A program made the position numbers and the translations under genes. Below, in pieces: positions 49,758 through 64,000 of a stretch of DNA of 64,000 nt. Position 1 is the stretch's first letter, and every line of letters begins with the position of its first letter. The notes under the pieces were generated by a model. That model was given only the letters and a program-made list of their open reading frames with translations, made no database searches and was not told the origin of the DNA. This stretch comes from Bigelowiella natans CCMP2755 (Eukaryota; Protista; Cercozoa): NCBI GenBank assembly GCA_000320545.1, contig ADNK01000096.1, forward strand, positions 124,001 through 188,000, given 5' to 3'.

Positions 49758-52289
49758 TTATTTCTCTTTTGTGCTCAACGTCTCTCCTTGAGGATCTATG
49801 ACTTCTAGATGTCCACTTTTCAAATCGGAATTGGGTTGCTTACTCTCTTTCCAACAGCCCTCTTTACTATCTTTAAAAGTGTCTTGACTTTTTTGCAATG
49901 CCTTCTGGAGTTCTTCCTTACACTCCTCGAAAATGGCTTGCAGTCCGTCCATTGGGAACTTTAGCGCAGAGGCTTTTCTGAGCAGCTCGAGGTCTTTAGC
50001 GCCATCTTTCTCCCCCAGCTTCGACATCAAGTTGAAGAGCATTCCTGGGTCCTTCTGAAAGTAGTATAAAATATTCGAATGATGCGACGCGATTAACATC
50101 TGGAAATCACAAAAAAACACTGCTCTAACTTGCAAAAAAAGGCCAACAGAAAACCGACCGTAGATAGTATTCGCTTCCGGTTTTGAACGATCAGAGCGTA
50201 GCTAACTTCGTGCAGGAATATCCTCCCCCGGAAGAGCAGCAAGTCCCAGATCCTCACCACGGTGTGGGTGGGCAGTGAGCTTGCAAAGAGGGCGACGAAC
50301 CAGTGTAGCACGCACGAATCGAGCGGGACCGCGTAGCGTTCGAGGTGCCTCGCTATCTTTCCCTGGCGCTTCAGGACCAGTTTCTGAATCACGTGCGAAT
50401 CCGCCTTGGCGTTGATGAGGTGCTCGTCGTGGTAATTCACGGGCAAGATGTTCTCGCAGACAGCGACGAGGAACCAAAACGCTGCTTCCTCCGTGGCCAT
50501 CACGATGAGCGCCAGCCCAGCTACAAAGTTCAGTCCCTGGCAGTATCCCACGGTAGGGTTGTGCCTGGCGAAGGCTCCCAGGACCTTCGCCAGCGCCGTG
50601 ATGCCTCTCGGGCTTCCAATGTATGGATGTTCCGGGTAGGTGCGGTCAAGGTCCTTGATGATAACGCGCTCCGTCGGCGTGAGTTTGGGGTGCCGCTTGG
50701 ACATCTCAAGGACGAGATCGCTGTATTCTAGACCCTTTGTCACGTCGTCAACGCCGTCATCATCATCATCATCAATTTTCTTTTGGGTATTCCTTTCCTC
50801 GCTATCCTCCCCCTTCCTCTCCTCCTCGCTCCTTTTTGAGAGACGTAGTATGTCCATGGCCTTCTCGAGGACTTGCAGCATCTCCCGGCTCTCAGCCACT
50901 CTTTCCTCGAAGTAGCCCGCTCCACTTATACGTCGCAGGCTTCGCGCCCCGCTCGCTACATCCCACACAGATGCCCGGATGGCGCTAGGGATGCCGTGCT
51001 TCACTACTTTACGGTACAGGGCAAGGTCCCCGAAGCGAAGATCGTCATCAGTCATGTCAGCTTCTATGCTGCGGTCTATTCCTTCGATGAATCTGACCAC
51101 CCCCTTCACAGGTTGGCCGACAACCCCGACAAGGCCGGTTCCGACCCCTTTGAAGAAACCCTTCACCCCCTGCTTCTGCGCCAGCCTCACCGGCTCTGTA
51201 AACACGCCGAAAGCGCCTTTTAGGACCCCCTTGCCCAGTCCCGCAATGCCGAGGAGGAATTGCCTCCCCATGAAGGTTTTCGACAGGCTTCGTTTCCTCC
51301 TTCGGAGGTATGACGTCGAGGGGGCGGCGGACGAGGATTTTCTCTCCTCCGACTCGCCAGCAACGCTATCAGTGAGGTCAGCTACAGCCTGCAAGGGAGC
51401 TTTCACAACGCCCGTAATGGCGTGTCCCATGCCCCTGAGCATGCCAACTGCACCATGGTCCTTCGCGCCCTTGACCGGTTTCGATACTATACCAGCCACG
51501 CCAGAGAATACGCCGATGGGGACTCCTGCGATGCCCTTTCCGATTCCTTTGAAGTACTTCGCAGTGGACTTTCGTCGTCTCAATCTCTCGGTAGAATTTG
51601 GCAGTCTGTCGCGACTTCCTACTGCACTTCGAACAGATGAGGGGGACGTTAGATCGGGATCTATGTTGCTGTTTTTCTTCTTCTTCTTCTTCTTTTTCTT
51701 CTCCCGCCTCTTCCTAGTGTTCTGATCGCCTCCCTCGTGATTCTCGTCACCTTCCTCATCGACCACCACCAAATTATGCAAAGTATCTCTGCTATCCTCC
51801 TTCTCCTCCTCCACTTTCTCTACTAAAGCTTGCGAAGCTGGCACTTTTGTCTCATTGCTGCTTGTCGCTACATTTTCTTCGTCCTGACTCCGGCTATGAC
51901 CCCCACCGCCGCCGTCATCATTTTCATTTTCATCATCGTAGTCGTCCTCCTCATCATCCTCATCAAGATCATCCTGAAACTGGTAGTGGAATGTGTCGAT
52001 TCCCTCGGTCCAACTGAGGCTCTGCTTTCGAGGTTTACAGTCGCTTGAGCTGCTGCTTCCTCCACCATAAGTGCCGCTCCCCGCTCGTTTGGTTGGTTTT
52101 GAAGAATAAGGGGGGGAAGGAGGCAGACCAAGAGGCTCTTCGATTATAGGAAACTGTTGCTGTTTTTTAGTCTGCTGTTGCTGCTGCTGAGGCAGCGGGG
52201 ACAGTACGGAGAATACTTTGTTCTCCTAATTACAATCAATGAATGCCTGGTTACTATTTAACGATATGTACATGTATTAACATATAAAC

Positions 52290-52328
<39 letters not shown>

Positions 52329-53035
52329 CTAGCGTTGCTATCTATAATCGCCAGTGTATGGTCGATCTAACGCCTACATGACTCTTTTCATTGAGATTTC
52401 TATCCGCTGCCGTGTTGCACGCATTTAATTGCGTATGGGGAAAGTAGCTCTCAATACTTATCGGCGACAGGAGCGCATGTTCACTGTACGCGGGTCGTCA
52501 CTGAATCATCAGAACCGTACCTGACGCCTGTACTCGTTGAGCAAATTCATTAAACTTATCCAATTTTTGTCCCCGCACGCACCCTGAAGTGCCTTCAAGC
52601 GTTTTCCTATAGCTGCGTTTGTGATGGGGAAGCCGAAGTTGTTGTGCATGTGGAACGGCCCTTCCGAAGACGATGAATGGAACTCGTCATGCTGTACGCC
52701 GGAACTCCATTTTCGGCTAGTAATCGATTTGCTATCGCCCTTGCATGCACCCTAGAAGCAAAAAGAATCGAATTAGCATCTCGACTTCAAAGGAAGGAAG
52801 TAGCCTTTCGCAAGATAATAAATCAAGTACGGGCTGTCCGAGATGCTTGAGGTATGGAGAAACATGCAATGCAAATAATGATTCTACAAGTTAAACGTCT
52901 AACTTTTGCGCTTCCGGCAATCTCATTTTCTTTTTTGCCCTCCTCTAACCCCGGTTCTCGATTGAAGTTTGGGTGAACAAGTGGTGGCGGGGGGGGGTAT
53001 CGGCCTGGGCCGTCGGGTGTATTTCCCTCCTCCAT
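49758..53035 (-). CDS. TBC-domain Rab GAP with two ATG2/VPS13 C-terminal-like amphipathic repeats
   Basis: GIPSAIRASVW; IIKDLDRT (R finger); GYCQGLNFV (Q finger); EEAAFW; WFVALF...VVRIWDLLL; start exon tentative. Confidence 0.85.
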
Positions 53036-53641
53036 TATGGATGCCTGTGCACGCTGGTGATTTCTCCCTGTGTCTTTTTTGGAGTCCTCGTGGTCAAATG
53101 GGGAGATGTGATGGCATTAACAGGCGAGAGGAGGTCTGCACCTCGATGGTGGGGGACTGTGCAGATGAATAATCGAGTGAGAATCTGAGGAAATTATCTC
53201 GCTTTTAGACTAAAAATATAGGATGTTTTAGGGTTGATTATGTAACAGGATGTCGCTCGATGGGGACGACGTTGAGCGACGATGGTGATGCACCCCCCCC
53301 GAGGAGTTCGGTAAAAATTTAAAAAAAATGCCAACATGACGGTTGTCGCATTGCTGAATTCAGACCTGTTTTCCAATGAAGAGAATACAACTAACACGAA
53401 ACACAGGCAATTCATCTGATGCGTCAAAGCCTCATTGCGAGGTTAAACGCTGGTTGATCGTCTCGTGCGACAATGATTTTCGGTGTAGCAGCGACAGAAA
53501 GTCTCGGAAGGGATTGTTATTTTCATGGGGATCTGGCATTGATCCACCAGTAGATATAAGGGGAAGGAAGGCAGATACCGCAGCCCTTCTGCGCGATGAA
53601 CTAGATCTGTGTTGAGCCAACACTCGAGGCTTACTGCACAA

Positions 53642-54577
53642 ATGGATATCTTCGAACTTACCGCCCTCTACGAAAAATGCAGTCACAAGGAAGACGTCAC
53701 AGAGCTCAGGGAACACTTCAGCTCAGGAGCAAATGTTGACGAGTGCGATGACTTGGGCTGGACTCCACTGATGGTTGGCTCTCAGCTAGGATATACCCGT
53801 GTTGTACGTCTACTTGTAGATGAACTTCAGGCAGATGTGAATGGCAAAAACAAAATTGGGTACAGTGCTCTCACCTATGCAGCCCAGGGAGGACACCTGG
53901 ATGTTACCCAAGTACTCCTCATGCACAAAGCAGCGATCGACTCTCCTGATGACGGGAGCCCTTTGATCTGGGCAGCGAGAAGAAATCATCTACCGTAAGG
54001 CTTGCCTAACAACCGCAAAACGTCATGTTTGCCTGTAACTTGGAAAAATGTGAATTCTCATCCAGAATCGTGCGCTGTCTCGTCGAAGCTAAGGCCAGTG
54101 TAGATATCCGTGGTCTACAAAATCGAACTGCAAAGGAATGGGCACAGTATGAAGGAAACACCCAAGTTTATAAGTATTTACATAAGGTAAGGCGGCAGGG
54201 TAGGATGTGTGGAGATATCTGGTTGAACAGTTAGCAACTAAGCCTTTTCTCGTTTAAATCAGGTTGAAAGGCCGCTTCGAAAGCAAGAGAGGCGCAAGCT
54301 TCGGCAACAATTAAAAATGGAAAAGGAGAAGGAAAAGGAAAAGGAGAAGAAAGAGGAGGTATTCACTTTCTTCCGAAATCTTGCAGAATGTGAGAACGTA
54401 TCAGAAATTCCTATTATGCTTTCGATTTGACAAATTCAGGAAGCTAAAGCTACAAAGCCGCTGGGTATTAATGAGATTAAAGAAGACAACTCGTGCGTTG
54501 GAATGAATTATCAATTTCGAGGGGAAGAAGGATGTGTGCGCAAACAATGTGGTGTTCAAGCATGCGTAATATCTTAG
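53642..54577 (+). CDS. Ankyrin repeat protein with charged linker and C-terminal CaaX (CVIS)
   Basis: GWTPLMVGS, GYSALTYAAQGGH, GSPLIWAARRNH, RTAKEWA; 4 exons ending ...CGVQACVIS*. Confidence 0.8.
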
Positions 54578-55311
54578 AGAGAGTGTCGTGAATGCTTTAC
54601 GCTGTTGAGTCTTAATTGGACAGTTATTACAGGCTATGGAGTCTTTAGCTAGCAAAAGTCCCACAAGTAGTTATAAAGATGAAATCATTAGAATGGGACA
54701 TTTGAAGGTTTAATACATCAAATGCGATGACCTTAGCACACATTATATCTTGGCGCATCACATGTTTATCTACTAAGAAATGGCCCTATTTAACGGGTGC
54801 CATGCGCATACAATGTATGCTAGCATGCCATAGTCGCACACACGCATATGACACATTTTTTGGTAAGTGGTTAGAACCTTTCTTGTACAGCTAAGATGCT
54901 CATGAGGACGTATACGATTCACTTCGTGTATGCTTCCGACGCGCGCGTGCGACGCGTGTCAATTTCCGCAAAAACGTGAACTACAACAAAAGCTTCTGCT
55001 GCATCGCACGCTAGCACGTGTGAACTCTCCTTAGCCATAATAATAGCTCATCGTTAATTGTCAGTCAACACAGGTGTTACGTACTTGCACATCTGTCGTG
55101 CTAGCTTTTTTTACATCGAATGCAGCATTTCTGTGTCGCGCATCCTGCGCTCTATGCTTGTAAGTTTTTCACCATAAGATATAATATAGTCAACAAACTC
55201 TTGTTCACAACGACGTACATCTTCATCAGGAGTGGGATACAAACAGCAGTAGCTTGCACTGCTCAATCAGAGTCGTTCGTATTTACTAGCGCGTACAGCT
55301 TGCGGTGGCTG

Positions 55312-64000
<8,689 letters not shown>

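Noticed and set aside
50979-51725. 248-aa plus-strand ORF
   Set aside because: Antisense shadow of the GC-rich TBC exon

Overview
Gene-dense, intron-rich eukaryotic nuclear DNA. It is probably from a secondary-plastid alga such as a chlorarachniophyte; this is inferred from bipartite signal-plus-transit-like leaders and short GT-AG introns filled with microsatellites. About 15 host genes lie in almost strictly alternating orientation: RNF10-like (partial), TIM17, a 4-TM protein, a small acidic protein, a DnaJ protein, AlaRS, a GH20 hexosaminidase, an AFG1 ATPase, a DOT1-like methyltransferase, an EEF1AKMT4-like methyltransferase, two ankyrin proteins, an F-box protein, SBDS-like, a TBC RabGAP and an ABCC transporter (partial). 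There is one very young, intact Ty3/Gypsy LTR retrotransposon (11353-17067) with a 4-bp AAGC TSD and LTRs that differ by one indel. Four observations stand out. (1) Some patches have lost essentially every TpA except within CTAG, apparently by TA->CA/TG change, which would be a RIP-like process of opposite polarity. (2) The Gypsy polyprotein ends in a domain resembling a degenerate DIRS/phage Dam-type adenine methyltransferase, where chromoviruses carry a chromodomain. (3) The element is inserted inside one of the TpA-depleted patches. (4) AlaRS has a spliceable leader with three in-frame ATGs, suggesting multi-compartment targeting. All gene models and counts were made by eye and are approximate.
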